Source of the DNA: Bdellovibrionales bacterium
Lineage (GTDB): Bacteria > Bdellovibrionota > Bdellovibrionia > Bdellovibrionales > UBA1609
Assembly: GCA_965205945.1 (NCBI GenBank)
Contig: CBDBIB010000001.1
Location: forward strand, 374,051-438,050
Length of the DNA: 64,000 nucleotides
Direction of reading: 5' to 3'
The notes beneath the pieces are model-generated. The model was not told the DNA's origin and ran no database searches. It saw nothing but the letters and a program-made list of their open reading frames with translations. Position numbers and translations under genes: made by a program. Positions 1-10,105 of this stretch are shown one piece after another (position 1 is the stretch's first letter; each line of letters starts with the position of its first letter).

Positions 1-477
1 GTGATTTTGCGAAAATATTTTAATACGGACTAATTGTGACCTTAAGCCTCTTTCAATAACAATGTCGTTTAAACATTTATAAGTTTTAAGAGGCTCTCCT
101 TTAGAAAGGATAGTGGCTTCTAAAAGAGTACGTTTATAACTCTTAAGTTGATTTTTTAAAACCTTATCCATAAGAGAATAGATTTCATCACTCTTATTAT
201 CAGTCAAAAATCCAAGGGACCCTAAATTTACACCAACTAAAGGAATATCTAAATTCACAAGAGCTCTGGATGCAGCAAGGTAAGTCCCATCTCCACCCAG
301 AACTAAAACAGTCTGAGGAGGAGGAGAAACTTTAGAAAAACAACCCTCTGTAAGTTTAAAAGAAGAAAATCTATGTACAGATTTGATTTTCTTACTTTTT
401 AAATAGGTTGTGAGTTCTTCTGAAAGGGTAAATGCTTCTAAAGAGTCTGTTCGGTATACAAGTGCAATAGATTTCAT
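1..477 (-). CDS. nadK: NAD kinase, N-terminal part (runs off window start)
   Basis: Manual translation from ATG 477: MKSIALVYRT...VLVLGGDGTYL...PLVGVNLGSLGFLT (NAD kinase GGDGT motif); AAGGA SD upstream. Confidence 0.9.
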   Translation of the reverse strand, partial: MKSIALVYRTDSLEAFTLSEELTTYLKSKKIKSVHRFSSFKLTEGCFSKVSPPPQTVLVLGGDGTYLAASRALVNLDIPLVGVNLGSLGFLTDNKSDEIYSLMDKVLKNQLKSYKRTLLEATILSKGEPLKTYKCLNDIVIERGLRSQLVRIKIFSQNH

Positions 478-501
478 ATTAGATCCTTGTTAAATAAATA
501 T

Positions 502-2535
502 TTAAATAAGTTGATCTCTTTTAAGTAAAGCATTTACACAAGGCTTACGTCCACGAAACTTAATGTAGAGCTTTTCAGGATGCTCAGTGCCTCCTCGTTC
601 TAAAACATATTTTTTAAAAGCTTTTGCTACGTCAGGATTAAAAACCCCTTTTTCTTGAAAATATTCAAAAGCATCTGCATCTAAAACCTCTGCCCATTTG
701 TAGCTATAATAACCTGCTGAGTATCCACCAGAAAAAATATGTCCAAAAGAACATGAAAAGCTTGTTCCTTCAACTTTATCTAAAAGTTTTAAATCTTTTT
801 CTACTTCAAATTCAAAATCAAAAATATTTGTAATTTCACCAGGATCAACAGTGTGCCATTTCATATCAAGTAAACTAAAAACAAGCTGTCGAACATTTCT
901 ATAACCAGTTTGAAAAGCTTGGGCATTTTTAAGTTTTTTAATAAGCTCTTTAGGTATAACTTTTTTAGTTTTGTAATGGTGAGCAAACAGGTTTAAAGAC
1001 TCCTCTTCTAAAGTCCAATTTTCCATAATTTGTGACGGCAACTCCACAAAATCCCAGTAAACGCTTGTTCCAGATAAAGATCTATAGGTGCACTGTGAAA
1101 AAAGATCATGTAAAGCATGGCCAAACTCATGAAACAAAGTTCTAACTTCATTGTACGTGAGTAAAGAAGGTTTGTTTAAAGTAGGTTTTGTAAAGTTACA
1201 CACAATACTTACGTGTGGGCGTCTAAGTTTATTTTTAAAAAGACCTTGCGATCTAAATTTAGTGCACCACGCACCGGATCTCTTTGATTCTCTTGGGAAA
1301 AAATCTGTATAAAAAATACCAATAAAATCATCTCCACTATGTACTTTAAAAGTTCTAACATCTTCATGGTATTTAGACACATTAAAAGTTTCTTTAAATG
1401 TAACACCATAAAGCTTCTTTGCATGAAGAAAAGCCCCATCTAAAACCTTTTCTAAAGAAAAGTAAGGCTTTGTTTCTTCATCACTAATATTATATTTTTT
1501 TTGTCTCAATTTTTCAGAATAATACGCAAAATCCCAAGGCTTAAATTCTGTAAGACCGTCTACCTCATTAGCAAAAGCTTTAACTTCTTTAACTTCTTTT
1601 TTTGCTTTATCAAAGCTATACTTTTTTAAATTCTGTAAAAATTCATAAACATTTACAGAGTTCTTAGCCATTCGATCCTCTAAAACATACTCTGCATAAT
1701 TATTAAAGCCTAGAAGTTTAGCTTTTTCATAGCGCAATTTCACAATCTTTAAAACATTTTCTTGATTTGAAAACTTTCCTTCCACAGCTTTTGTTGCATT
1801 TGCAATATAAAAAAATTTTCTAATCTCTCTATTTAAATTGTACTTCATCATTGAGATTAAGCTTGGATACTGCAATGAAAAAGCATAGGTTCCTTGAGGA
1901 AGTTTTTTTTTCTTGGCCTCATCTTTTGCTGCTTCTACTGCTGATTCAGGTAGCCCCTTAAGATCATTTTTATTTATAGTACTCCATTTAAAAGAATTTG
2001 TAGCAGATAAAATATTTTTAGAAAATCTTGGAGATAAAATAGAAAGTTTAGAGTCTATTTTAACAAGTTTTTTTTTGTCTTTTTCATTAAGATTTGCACC
2101 ATTTTTTATAAAAGCCTTATAACTTTTTTTTAAAAGCATTTTTTGTTCTAAATTTAATTTGTTAGACTTATAATCATTATCATAAACTGCCTTAACTCTT
2201 TTAAAAAGACCCGGGTTAAGTAAAATTTCATTTGAATGATTAGCTAGAATTGAAGAAAACTTTTCAACTACGTTTTGAATGTCATCGTTTGTATGCCCGC
2301 TAAAAAGAGAAAATAAAATTAAAAGAACTGATTCAAGATTTTCATCGGCAGCTTCTAAGGCTAACAGTGTGTTTTTAAAAGTAGGGGCCTTCGTATTAGC
2401 AACAATTGCTTTGATATTTTCTTTAGCCTCATTAATACCTTTAACAATTGCAGCTTCAAGCTCTTTAATGTCTAAATGAGCAAAATTAAATGTTTCAAAT
2501 TCATTATCAGGTATCTTAAAGTATTTATGCCCCAC
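502..2535 (-). CDS. M3 family metallopeptidase (peptidyl-dipeptidase Dcp / oligopeptidase A)
   Basis: TLFHEFGHALH zinc motif, WDFVELPSQIMENW, GYSAGYYSYKWAEVL. Confidence 0.93.
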   Translation of the reverse strand: MGHKYFKIPDNEFETFNFAHLDIKELEAAIVKGINEAKENIKAIVANTKAPTFKNTLLALEAADENLESVLLILFSLFSGHTNDDIQNVVEKFSSILANHSNEILLNPGLFKRVKAVYDNDYKSNKLNLEQKMLLKKSYKAFIKNGANLNEKDKKKLVKIDSKLSILSPRFSKNILSATNSFKWSTINKNDLKGLPESAVEAAKDEAKKKKLPQGTYAFSLQYPSLISMMKYNLNREIRKFFYIANATKAVEGKFSNQENVLKIVKLRYEKAKLLGFNNYAEYVLEDRMAKNSVNVYEFLQNLKKYSFDKAKKEVKEVKAFANEVDGLTEFKPWDFAYYSEKLRQKKYNISDEETKPYFSLEKVLDGAFLHAKKLYGVTFKETFNVSKYHEDVRTFKVHSGDDFIGIFYTDFFPRESKRSGAWCTKFRSQGLFKNKLRRPHVSIVCNFTKPTLNKPSLLTYNEVRTLFHEFGHALHDLFSQCTYRSLSGTSVYWDFVELPSQIMENWTLEEESLNLFAHHYKTKKVIPKELIKKLKNAQAFQTGYRNVRQLVFSLLDMKWHTVDPGEITNIFDFEFEVEKDLKLLDKVEGTSFSCSFGHIFSGGYSAGYYSYKWAEVLDADAFEYFQEKGVFNPDVAKAFKKYVLERGGTEHPEKLYIKFRGRKPCVNALLKRDQLI

Positions 2536-2638
2536 AGGTTTCTCCAGTCTTGATATGATGGAAAAACCTTAACATAAGCTCTTTATTTACGTCAGGGATA
2601 GGTCTTAAATTGAAGCTCTGTATAAAAAAAAGCTATTG

Positions 2639-3133
2639 CTAATAATAAAGCTCTGTTGGTTCTAAAGAAGGCAAACACCCTGTAATCTCCGGATTGTACT
2701 GCTCTCCAGTACATTCTCCGGTATTAGGCTGTGTAAAGCCAAGAAAATCAGTTTGAGCAAAGGTTGGGTTTACACTTGAACAATAATCAAAGCTTCCGTT
2801 TTGAAAAACAGGAAGCTGACCAACTTTAGGGCACATATCCTTATAATGCCATCCAAAATCTATATAAAAACCAACGCCAATACCAATACTTTTATGGATA
2901 ATAGCATAGGGTTGATAACCACGATTTGGATCATATTCACCTAAATAAGGACAGTCTATATTTCCAGGAAGGCCTACAGGAAAGTTTTGGTTATTACACT
3001 GAGTTGGATTCGTATAGATTTTAGCTGTTCCATCAGAAGAGCCAGGACCTGAGCACCCAGTTAAACTCAAAAAACTCAAAAACAGTACAGTTAGGCTTAA
3101 ACTAAATTTTTCAAAACTTCTTATCTTATTCAT
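2639..3133 (-). CDS. Hypothetical Cys-rich lipoprotein
   Basis: Hydrophobic signal ending in LTGC lipobox; AAGGAG SD; six further Cys. Confidence 0.7.
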   Translation of the reverse strand: MNKIRSFEKFSLSLTVLFLSFLSLTGCSGPGSSDGTAKIYTNPTQCNNQNFPVGLPGNIDCPYLGEYDPNRGYQPYAIIHKSIGIGVGFYIDFGWHYKDMCPKVGQLPVFQNGSFDYCSSVNPTFAQTDFLGFTQPNTGECTGEQYNPEITGCLPSLEPTELYY

Positions 3134-3493
3134 AATAATAGCTCCTTTTCTTTACTAATACAAAAACCAAGCCTACTACTTTGGGCTCAGACCATAAAAA
3201 AAGCCCTGCTTAAGAAAATTTTAGTAAATAATTCTATATTAATGACAAATTTTGTCAGAAAAAAAGCCCTCTCCGTAAAAGATCAGGGTTTAGGCACACC
3301 ATAAAAAGGGTACTTGTCATAAATTGAATGTAAACCCAGGACCAATGCCCTGACATGGTGAAAGTAGAATTATATTCTTAGGCAATATCAAGGATCTAAA
3401 TATAAGCTTTCCTTATTATTAGGAGAGTTTTTATAAATTAAAAAGATGCTGTTGAACACATGTTCGATCTTGAAAAATCTAATTTTATTATAA

Positions 3494-3886
3494 GAACTGG
3501 CTAAAGTCTTTAAAGACAGAATGGTCGTAGAAATTAAACCAGACCCTAATAAAGATCAAATCTACTCCAAGTGCAAACCCTTGGTTCAGAAAATTCATGA
3601 CTACAGAAAAATCAAACTTAAAGACATGCCTTATAGTCTTAAAGAATGTGAGTGAAGAATTAAATTTAGCCAAATAAAGTGCAACTGCTCTAATAGACCA
3701 CAAAGTGAGTTCTTAGACTTTAAAGCTGAAAAACACAACATTGCAAAAAGACTTTAAAACAATATTGAGTTTATGCTCTCTTCTAAAATGGTAACAGTTT
3801 CAAATACAGCTACCCAATTTTAGATAAGAACCGATCTTTTAAGAAGAGGGCGTTTTTACAGCTGTAAACTGTCACTTAGTTTTTAG
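3494..3886 (+). pseudogene. Possible decayed gene, product unknown
   Basis: One frame reads 131 codons with only 3 internal stops (ELAKVFKDRMVVEIKPDPNK...), few for such AT-rich DNA; no family recognised. Confidence 0.3.
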
Positions 3887-3944
3887 ATATAACAATTTTT
3901 AAATACTCAAAAAGCTTTAAAATGAAAAATTGCCATATTAAGCC

Positions 3945-3960
3945 TGGCATAAGCCTTGCT
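3945..3960 (+). promoter_or_regulatory. Sigma-54 (-24/-12) promoter of the S8 protease
   Basis: TGGCATAAGCCTTGCT = GG-N10-GC, matches TGGCAC-N5-TTGC consensus, ~100 bp upstream of the start. Confidence 0.7.
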
Positions 3961-4062
3961 CTAATGCTTTATAACGATATAAATATTTAAAAAAACTAAT
4001 ATAATGCTAAGAGTTTATTAAGGAAACACTAACGTAACCCAATAACAAGGAGGAGAAACACA

Positions 4063-5715
4063 GTGATTTTAATCAAGAAGATTGTAATAGCTTCACTTAT
4101 TTTAACAATAGTAAGCCCTTTAGCTTTTGCTAAAGAGTATGTTGTAGGTTTTAAACCCGGTGCGTTTAAACAGGCCACAGCAGAAATGAGTTTCATGGGA
4201 GTGAGTACTGTTCCTGTAAGAGTTTTTAAAAATTTAGAACTTATGATTGTAGATGTAAATTCAAAGAGTGATTTACTTAAGCTTAAAGCTGATTTAAATA
4301 TTGAATTTGTTGAAAGTGTTAACAGGTTTAGGGCTCCACAAAGAAATTATTTTTTACCTGAGGTTGTTAAAGATTCTTTTGATAAAAAATTAGTAGATTA
4401 CCCTTGGGGGATTTTAGAATTAGATGCTCCCGCTGCATGGCCACATTCTAGAGGTGGTCAAGGTGTTAAAGTTCTTGTTCTAGATTCGGGCATTGATAAG
4501 GATCATCCAAATATAGCTTCAAGGTTTGTTGAGGGTAGAAGTTTTGTTTCAAAAAATTTCATAAACAAAATAAATTCCATAAACAAAATAAATTTCAGAA
4601 ACAAAATAAATTTGAAGCTTCCATACCCATATTTTGATGATTCTGGTCATGGAACTCATGTTGCTGGAACTATTTTAGCTGATGGCTTTGGAACAGGCGT
4701 TGTAGGTGTTGCACCTCAAGCCTCACTATACTCGGGAAAGGTTTGTATTTTTAAGTATTGTGAAGAAACTGCTATAATAGCAGGAATTGATTGGGCCATT
4801 GGCGAAGGTATGGACGTCGTAAATATTTCTTTATCTAGTTCATTTGGTAATGCTATAGAGGCAAAGGTGTATAAAAAAGCTGAAGAAGCAAATGTTGTTG
4901 TTGTTGCAGCATCTGGAAATAATGGAAGGTATAAAATTTCATATCCAGCAAGGTACCCACATGTACTCTCAGTAGGAGCTATTGATGAAGAAAGAGATGT
5001 TGCTGATTCTTCTAACTGGCACGTTGATTTAGATGTAGTTGCTCCAGGTACAAATGTTTTATCCTCACTGCCACTAGGAACAGGGAGGGAATCGACTATA
5101 GGTTTTACTATTGATAGTTATTTGGTACTTACAGACTCTTCTTCAATAAAAGGATCTAACGTTGGTGTTGTACAAGGGTTGCCTGTTGAGTATGTTGGAT
5201 TTGGAAAATCTGAGGATTTTAAAGATGTTGATTTAACCGGAAAGGTTGCCTTGATTTCTAAAGGTGAGATTTCGTTTGCAGATAAGGCACAAGCCGCGTT
5301 GGAGGCAAATGCATCAGCTATGGTTATATTTAATAATGTTGATGGTGAATTAGAAGGAACCATAGAAAATGATTTGGATATAATTGCTGTTGGGATTAAA
5401 AAATCTATAGGCGAAAGGATTGTTGAAATTTTAAAGGGCAACGAGGATAATTCTAAAGAAACAGTTGTGACTTTAAGTGCTAAAGTCAGTGCTTCAGATT
5501 ATGGTTATTTGTCTGGAACATCTATGGCAGCTTCTCATGTTTCAGGCGTGGCTGCTTTGATAAGATCTACAAACCCAAAGCTTACAGCAGTGCAGGTAAA
5601 GAAGATTATTAAGTCTTCAGTTATTAAGGTGCAAATAGACGGTGATTTAGACAATAAGTATGGTAAAGGTATTGTAAACGCTTTTAAGGCTGTTAAAGAG
5701 GGACTTCAAGACTGA
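4063..5715 (+). CDS. Secreted S8 subtilisin-like serine protease with PA domain insertion
   Basis: Signal peptide; VLDSG (Asp), HGTHVAG (His), GTSMA (Ser); PA-domain segment DLTGKVALISKGEISFADKA; AGGAGG SD. Confidence 0.93.
   Translation: MILIKKIVIASLILTIVSPLAFAKEYVVGFKPGAFKQATAEMSFMGVSTVPVRVFKNLELMIVDVNSKSDLLKLKADLNIEFVESVNRFRAPQRNYFLPEVVKDSFDKKLVDYPWGILELDAPAAWPHSRGGQGVKVLVLDSGIDKDHPNIASRFVEGRSFVSKNFINKINSINKINFRNKINLKLPYPYFDDSGHGTHVAGTILADGFGTGVVGVAPQASLYSGKVCIFKYCEETAIIAGIDWAIGEGMDVVNISLSSSFGNAIEAKVYKKAEEANVVVVAASGNNGRYKISYPARYPHVLSVGAIDEERDVADSSNWHVDLDVVAPGTNVLSSLPLGTGRESTIGFTIDSYLVLTDSSSIKGSNVGVVQGLPVEYVGFGKSEDFKDVDLTGKVALISKGEISFADKAQAALEANASAMVIFNNVDGELEGTIENDLDIIAVGIKKSIGERIVEILKGNEDNSKETVVTLSAKVSASDYGYLSGTSMAASHVSGVAALIRSTNPKLTAVQVKKIIKSSVIKVQIDGDLDNKYGKGIVNAFKAVKEGLQD
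4561..4614 (+). repeat. In-frame 18-bp tandem repeat x3 (INKINS/INKINF/RNKINL)
   Basis: ataaacaaaataaattcc ataaacaaaataaatttc agaaacaaaataaatttg. Confidence 0.85.
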
Positions 5716-5741
5716 TACTTAATTTTTAAAGCCTAAATAAG

Positions 5742-5769
5742 AAGCTCTTACTGTTGATGAGAGTTTTTT
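5742..5769 (+). terminator. Putative intrinsic terminator after S8 protease
   Basis: GCTCTTA-loop-TGAGAGT hairpin followed by T run. Confidence 0.45.
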
Positions 5770-5780
5770 AGAATTCCCCG

Positions 5781-6082
5781 TATAATTCTGTTGGTGATTA
5801 CTTTAGGGATTTAACAGTAAGCGCTTTTGGAACAAAGCGAGAAGCTTTAGGAGAAGTAACTGCAGGGTCATCTAATATTAATATAAGAGGCATTGGATCA
5901 ACTAATACGCTTTTGTTTTTTTAAATAATGTCAGACTCTAACCAAATGGTTTAAATGGAGCGGTAGATTTAAATTTGATACCACAAATCGCCATTGAATC
6001 TTCTTCTATTTTAAAAAGTAAAGCCTCTGCTATTTATGGATCAGATGCTTTAGGCGGAGTTATTAGGTGGAAAACAATTTAA
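5781..6082 (+). pseudogene. TonB-dependent receptor plug-domain remnant
   Basis: YNSVGDYFRDL...NINIRGIGSTNTL / frameshift / LNNVRL*PNGLNGAVDLNLIPQIAIE...ASAIYGSDALGGVI; frameshift, internal stop, no barrel. Confidence 0.85.
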
Positions 6083-6128
6083 AGACGGGTATAAGGCGGA
6101 TCCTTCACAGTATTTTTGAGTCTGTAAA

Positions 6129-6611
6129 TTAAATTGTGTAACTGCGATTTAATTTACAGACTCTTCTCATTTGTTTTCTATCATCTTTTTCACGAGAAGC
6201 CTGTCTTTTATCCCCTTTATTCTTACCTTTACCTAGACCAACAAGAAGTTTAATTTTTCCTGATTTAACATACATTTTTATAGGAACTAAGCTGATTCCT
6301 TTTTCCTTAACCTGACTAAATATTCGGTTAATTTCTTTACGATGCAAAAGAATCTTTCGAAGTCTTAAAGGCTTATGGTTTGCATATCCACCATTTGTGT
6401 ACTCAGGTATATGTGCGTTTTGTAAATACAACTCCATTTCCTTAAAAACAAAAAAAGCTTCTAAAAGCTCACCTTTTTTCTGCCTTAAGGTTTTAACTTC
6501 ACTCCCTTTAAGACTAATGCCGGCCTCAATAGTTTCTATAATTTCATAATTATACCTAGCTTTTTTATTTTGAATTAGGAAAGATGAGGTTCTTTTTTTT
6601 TCCTTAGACAT
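6129..6611 (-). CDS. smpB: SsrA-binding protein
   Basis: NKKARYNY, EAGISLKGSEVK, RKILLHRKEI, GKGK..DKR. Confidence 0.97.
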   Translation of the reverse strand: MSKEKKRTSSFLIQNKKARYNYEIIETIEAGISLKGSEVKTLRQKKGELLEAFFVFKEMELYLQNAHIPEYTNGGYANHKPLRLRKILLHRKEINRIFSQVKEKGISLVPIKMYVKSGKIKLLVGLGKGKNKGDKRQASREKDDRKQMRRVCKLNRSYTI

Positions 6612-7398
6612 TATTTACCTCAATAAATTGATATAATATAAAGTGTTCATCAGCATTGATCTGATCAGGACGTTTTTCTAAATAATGTTTTAACTCCTTA
6701 GGCCACTTTACCTTATATTTTTTAAAAACACCTTTCATTTTTTTCCTTCTTGCTCCAAAAAGTGATTTTAAATGATTCACAAAATCCTTTTTATTCTTAA
6801 GCCCTTTTAAAGGCTTCTTAGAAAATGACAATACTATACTTTCAATTTCTGGAGAAGGGTAAAAACATTTGTTTGAAACTTTAGTGACAGCTTTAACCGT
6901 CCACCCAAGTTGACAAATAATTGAAAGAAATCCGTATTTTTTTTTATCACCCGGTTGAGCACTAATTCTATCTCCCACCTCTTTTTGAAACATTAAAATC
7001 ATTTCTTTAAATGGAGATCCTATACAAAAAAGCTCAACCAATAAACGTGACGAGATTTGATACGGCAAGTTAGAGATCAGAATTTCATTTATACCAACAC
7101 CCCTCCAATTAAACTTTAAAGCATCTATAGAATAAACATTGTAGCCTTTACTTATCCAATACTTTGAAAGAGTTTTATCAAGTTCCACTAAAAAAACTTT
7201 TTCTTTAAAATCTTTAAACTTATTTGTCAAACTTCCTAAGCCTGGTCCTATTTCAATAATTTTATTAAAATTATTGAAATCCTTATAACTACAAATTTTT
7301 TGTATAGTAGCTTCATCCACTAAAAAATTCTGTCCTAAAGATTTTAACGGTTTTATATCAAGTTCTTCTAAGAGCTCCTTTACTTGACTAATCTTCAT
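6604..7398 (-). CDS. rsmA: 16S rRNA m6,2A dimethyltransferase
   Basis: KSLGQNFL, EIGPGLGSLT, SNLPYQIS, MFQKEV. Confidence 0.95.
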   Translation of the reverse strand: MKISQVKELLEELDIKPLKSLGQNFLVDEATIQKICSYKDFNNFNKIIEIGPGLGSLTNKFKDFKEKVFLVELDKTLSKYWISKGYNVYSIDALKFNWRGVGINEILISNLPYQISSRLLVELFCIGSPFKEMILMFQKEVGDRISAQPGDKKKYGFLSIICQLGWTVKAVTKVSNKCFYPSPEIESIVLSFSKKPLKGLKNKKDFVNHLKSLFGARRKKMKGVFKKYKVKWPKELKHYLEKRPDQINADEHFILYQFIEVNNV

Positions 7399-8447
7399 AA
7401 AAAATCTTCTGGCTGTGACCGAGCAAATACTTGAAGATTTTCTTCAATTTTAAAATTATACTCTAACCTTTTGGCTCCTGATAATGCAATCATTGCACCA
7501 TTATCAGTACAATACTTAAGCTTTGGAATCTTTAATGAAATCTTAAGCTTATCTGCAAGCTGAGTAGCTCTACCTCTAAGTACTGAGTTTGCACTCACTC
7601 CACCAACAATTGTAAAAACCTTAGGCTTATATTCGAGCAAAGATCTTTCAAGTTTATAAATTAATACATCCACTGCGCTTTTTAAATATGAAGCTGCTAA
7701 ATTGTTAATGACCTCTTGTGAAAAAACTTCTTCTTTAAAATTCATTTTTTTAACTAATCTAACACCTGCAGCCTTTAAACCGGAAAAACTAAAATCATAG
7801 TTTAGTTCTTTTATCATGGGAGAAGGGAATACATAAAAATTATCTTTTCCTTTTTGTGCTGCCTTATCAATCTTAGGTCCACCAGGAAAACCTAAACCTA
7901 TAACATTTGCAAACTTATCAATTGCTTCGCCAACAGCATCATCCTTAGTTTTTCCTAAAATTTTATAAGATCCAAATTTTTCACTATAAATAAGCTGTGT
8001 ATGCCCTCCGCTCACAATTAAAGATACTTGTGGATAAGGCTCTAATTTTACCTGTTCTCCCTTATCCACCAACCATGGTGATTGTATATGTCCTTCTAAA
8101 TGATTTATTCCAATAACTGGAATTTTAAATATTAACCCTAATGTTTGAGCTGTTACAACCCCCACGATTAAAGAGCCTTGTAGTCCTGGGCGATTGGTTA
8201 CGGCAATGCCTTTTAAATCTTTACCTCTTAAATTATTTTTTTTTAAAATTTTATCTATAAGGGGGACTAAAACCTTTAAATGATTCCTAGAGGCTCTTTC
8301 TGGAATAATACCTCCAAAAGGTATGTGGTCATCGTCATTAGTCCATTTATCAAGGTCAATAACCTGCCCATTAACTTGAACTAATGCAACGCAGGTATCA
8401 TCACAGCTGGTTTCAATTCCTAGAACAAATTTATTGCTATTTTTCAA
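7395..8447 (-). CDS. tsaD: tRNA N6-threonylcarbamoyltransferase
   Basis: LGIETSCDDT, NHLEGH, VSGGHT, CTDNGAMIA. Confidence 0.96.
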   Translation of the reverse strand: MKNSNKFVLGIETSCDDTCVALVQVNGQVIDLDKWTNDDDHIPFGGIIPERASRNHLKVLVPLIDKILKKNNLRGKDLKGIAVTNRPGLQGSLIVGVVTAQTLGLIFKIPVIGINHLEGHIQSPWLVDKGEQVKLEPYPQVSLIVSGGHTQLIYSEKFGSYKILGKTKDDAVGEAIDKFANVIGLGFPGGPKIDKAAQKGKDNFYVFPSPMIKELNYDFSFSGLKAAGVRLVKKMNFKEEVFSQEVINNLAASYLKSAVDVLIYKLERSLLEYKPKVFTIVGGVSANSVLRGRATQLADKLKISLKIPKLKYCTDNGAMIALSGAKRLEYNFKIEENLQVFARSQPEDFL

Positions 8448-8449
8448 GC

Positions 8450-9100
8450 CTATTTTAAATTAGCCAGTCTGTATTCTGCATATTTTGCAGCTTTAAATTT
8501 TTTATAATTTGAAACGACCGATTTATAAAAAGTCTTAGCTTCTTTTTCCATACCAAGCTCTTGAAAACAAACTCCTATCTTATACGTTATAAGCGCATAA
8601 TCTTCACTTTTTTTAGATGAAACTTTGTCACGATATAACTGGAATTCTGATGCTGCTTCAAACCATTTTTTATCATCAAAGTACTTATCCCCCTCATTTA
8701 AATGATCTTTTGCAGTTTTTCTTGCAGCTATAATCGCTGTTTTTACTTTTTTATTTTCCTCTTTAAGGAGTAAGATTTCAGTATCTAATTTTTTCTTTTC
8801 CACAACCAGCTCAGACACTGAGTCTTTATAGGCTTGAAGTTGTTGATTTTCTTCACCAAGTCTTTTTTGGTTGCTCTCTTGAAAACGCCTATTAATAATT
8901 TCAAGCTCTTCAATCTTTCCGCTACTTATTCTAAATTGTTCTTCATACTCTAGGCTCTTAGCTCCTAAATCTGCAATCTGTTGTCTAAGTTGTAAAACCA
9001 CCTTTGATTCTTTTTTTACTTTATTTTTTTCATTTCGAATTTTTAAATTCATACAGCCAAAGAAAGTAGGTATGATTAAAATTATTAACAAAACTCTCAA
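8450..9100 (-). CDS. cpoB: Tol-Pal associated coiled-coil/TPR protein (YbgF/CpoB-like)
   Basis: Lipobox-like N-terminus, coiled coil, C-terminal TPR (YKIGVCFQELG...AKTFY); in pal operon. Confidence 0.75.
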   Translation of the reverse strand: MRVLLIILIIPTFFGCMNLKIRNEKNKVKKESKVVLQLRQQIADLGAKSLEYEEQFRISSGKIEELEIINRRFQESNQKRLGEENQQLQAYKDSVSELVVEKKKLDTEILLLKEENKKVKTAIIAARKTAKDHLNEGDKYFDDKKWFEAASEFQLYRDKVSSKKSEDYALITYKIGVCFQELGMEKEAKTFYKSVVSNYKKFKAAKYAEYRLANLK

Positions 9101-9444
9101 AACTCTCCTCCTTTTTTAATCTGAAAAACACGAGCTCTTATTTCAGATTTTTCAAAGTAAAGCCTTGCTGTGTAATATGCTTGCTTAGCCTTTGAGTACA
9201 CCCTTTTTTTATAGTATTCATGTGCTTTTTTTAAATAAGCGCTCCCTTTATGATAGTCCGCCCTTGAATATTTTGCTGCATAGTTTTTTTTTGCATATTT
9301 TTCTGCCTCAACAGCTTTTGCCTGCTCAATTAACGGCGGTCTCCCTGCACAAGCTGTTAAAAAAACACTTATTAAAAATAAATATAAGAAAAGGGCCTTT
9401 TTTAGCCCCCCCCTAAATTCAATTATAAATTGACCTGTACTCAT
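9097..9444 (-). CDS. Small helical lipoprotein (DUF4398-like)
   Basis: LTAC lipobox, PPLIEQ..A..A pattern, lies between pal and cpoB. Confidence 0.55.
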   Translation of the reverse strand: MSTGQFIIEFRGGLKKALFLYLFLISVFLTACAGRPPLIEQAKAVEAEKYAKKNYAAKYSRADYHKGSAYLKKAHEYYKKRVYSKAKQAYYTARLYFEKSEIRARVFQIKKGGEF

Positions 9445-9447
9445 CTC

Positions 9448-10023
9448 TTACTGGTTAATAGGTAAAAAGTTTACCCTTCTATTTTTAAAGTGATCTGATT
9501 CAAAATCACCCACAGACAACAGTTTTTCCTTGCCATAGCTAATAACAATCAGTCTGCTAGCATCAATTCCTAAAGATGTTAAATATTCTTTTACCGCTCT
9601 TGCTCTTCTATCACCTAGTGCAAGATTATACTCCGTAGAACCTCTTTCATCGCAGTGACCTTCAAGTTGAATAATCTTACTCGTGTTAGCTTTAATCCAA
9701 TCCACATTACTGGCAAGCAATGCTCTTGATTCATCGCTTAAGCTTGCTCTATCATAAGCAAAATTCACTGTATATAAACCCTCAAACTTGCCTGTATCAC
9801 TGCCTGAAACAGTTAAGCTTAAACCTGGATCTACAACGCCTGTTGTATCCATAACACTACCGTTCTTTGATATACCACCTAATAACTGTCCACCTTCTTT
9901 TAAACCTGTATCAGGTTGAAGAATGGCTATTCCTTTATCCTCAATGTTTTTCTTTTTGCTAGCACAATTTGTTAAGCCTAAAAACAAAACTACATAAAAT
10001 GCTAAATAGATTTTTTTTCGCAT
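9448..10023 (-). CDS. pal: Peptidoglycan-associated lipoprotein
   Basis: Lipobox; OmpA domain EGHCDERGSTEYNLALGDRRA, SYGKE, NRRV. Confidence 0.93.
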   Translation of the reverse strand: MRKKIYLAFYVVLFLGLTNCASKKKNIEDKGIAILQPDTGLKEGGQLLGGISKNGSVMDTTGVVDPGLSLTVSGSDTGKFEGLYTVNFAYDRASLSDESRALLASNVDWIKANTSKIIQLEGHCDERGSTEYNLALGDRRARAVKEYLTSLGIDASRLIVISYGKEKLLSVGDFESDHFKNRRVNFLPINQ

Positions 10024-10105
10024 ATACTTTTTCTCCCGTTATATATTATAATGATTTAATTTTAAATTTTTCACAGCTTAAGTCAAATGATAGGAGTTTA
10101 ACACT

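Noticed and set aside
1209..2479. Short ORFs nested in real genes (also 5118, 9192, 14805, 22697, 32269, 33387, 35595, 44916, 46665, 53232, 55265, 58613 and others)
   Set aside because: Antisense or alternate-frame shadows of well-supported genes, with no motifs.
3488..3703. 71-aa minus-strand ORF
   Set aside because: No SD or motif; the plus-strand decayed frame looks more protein-like.
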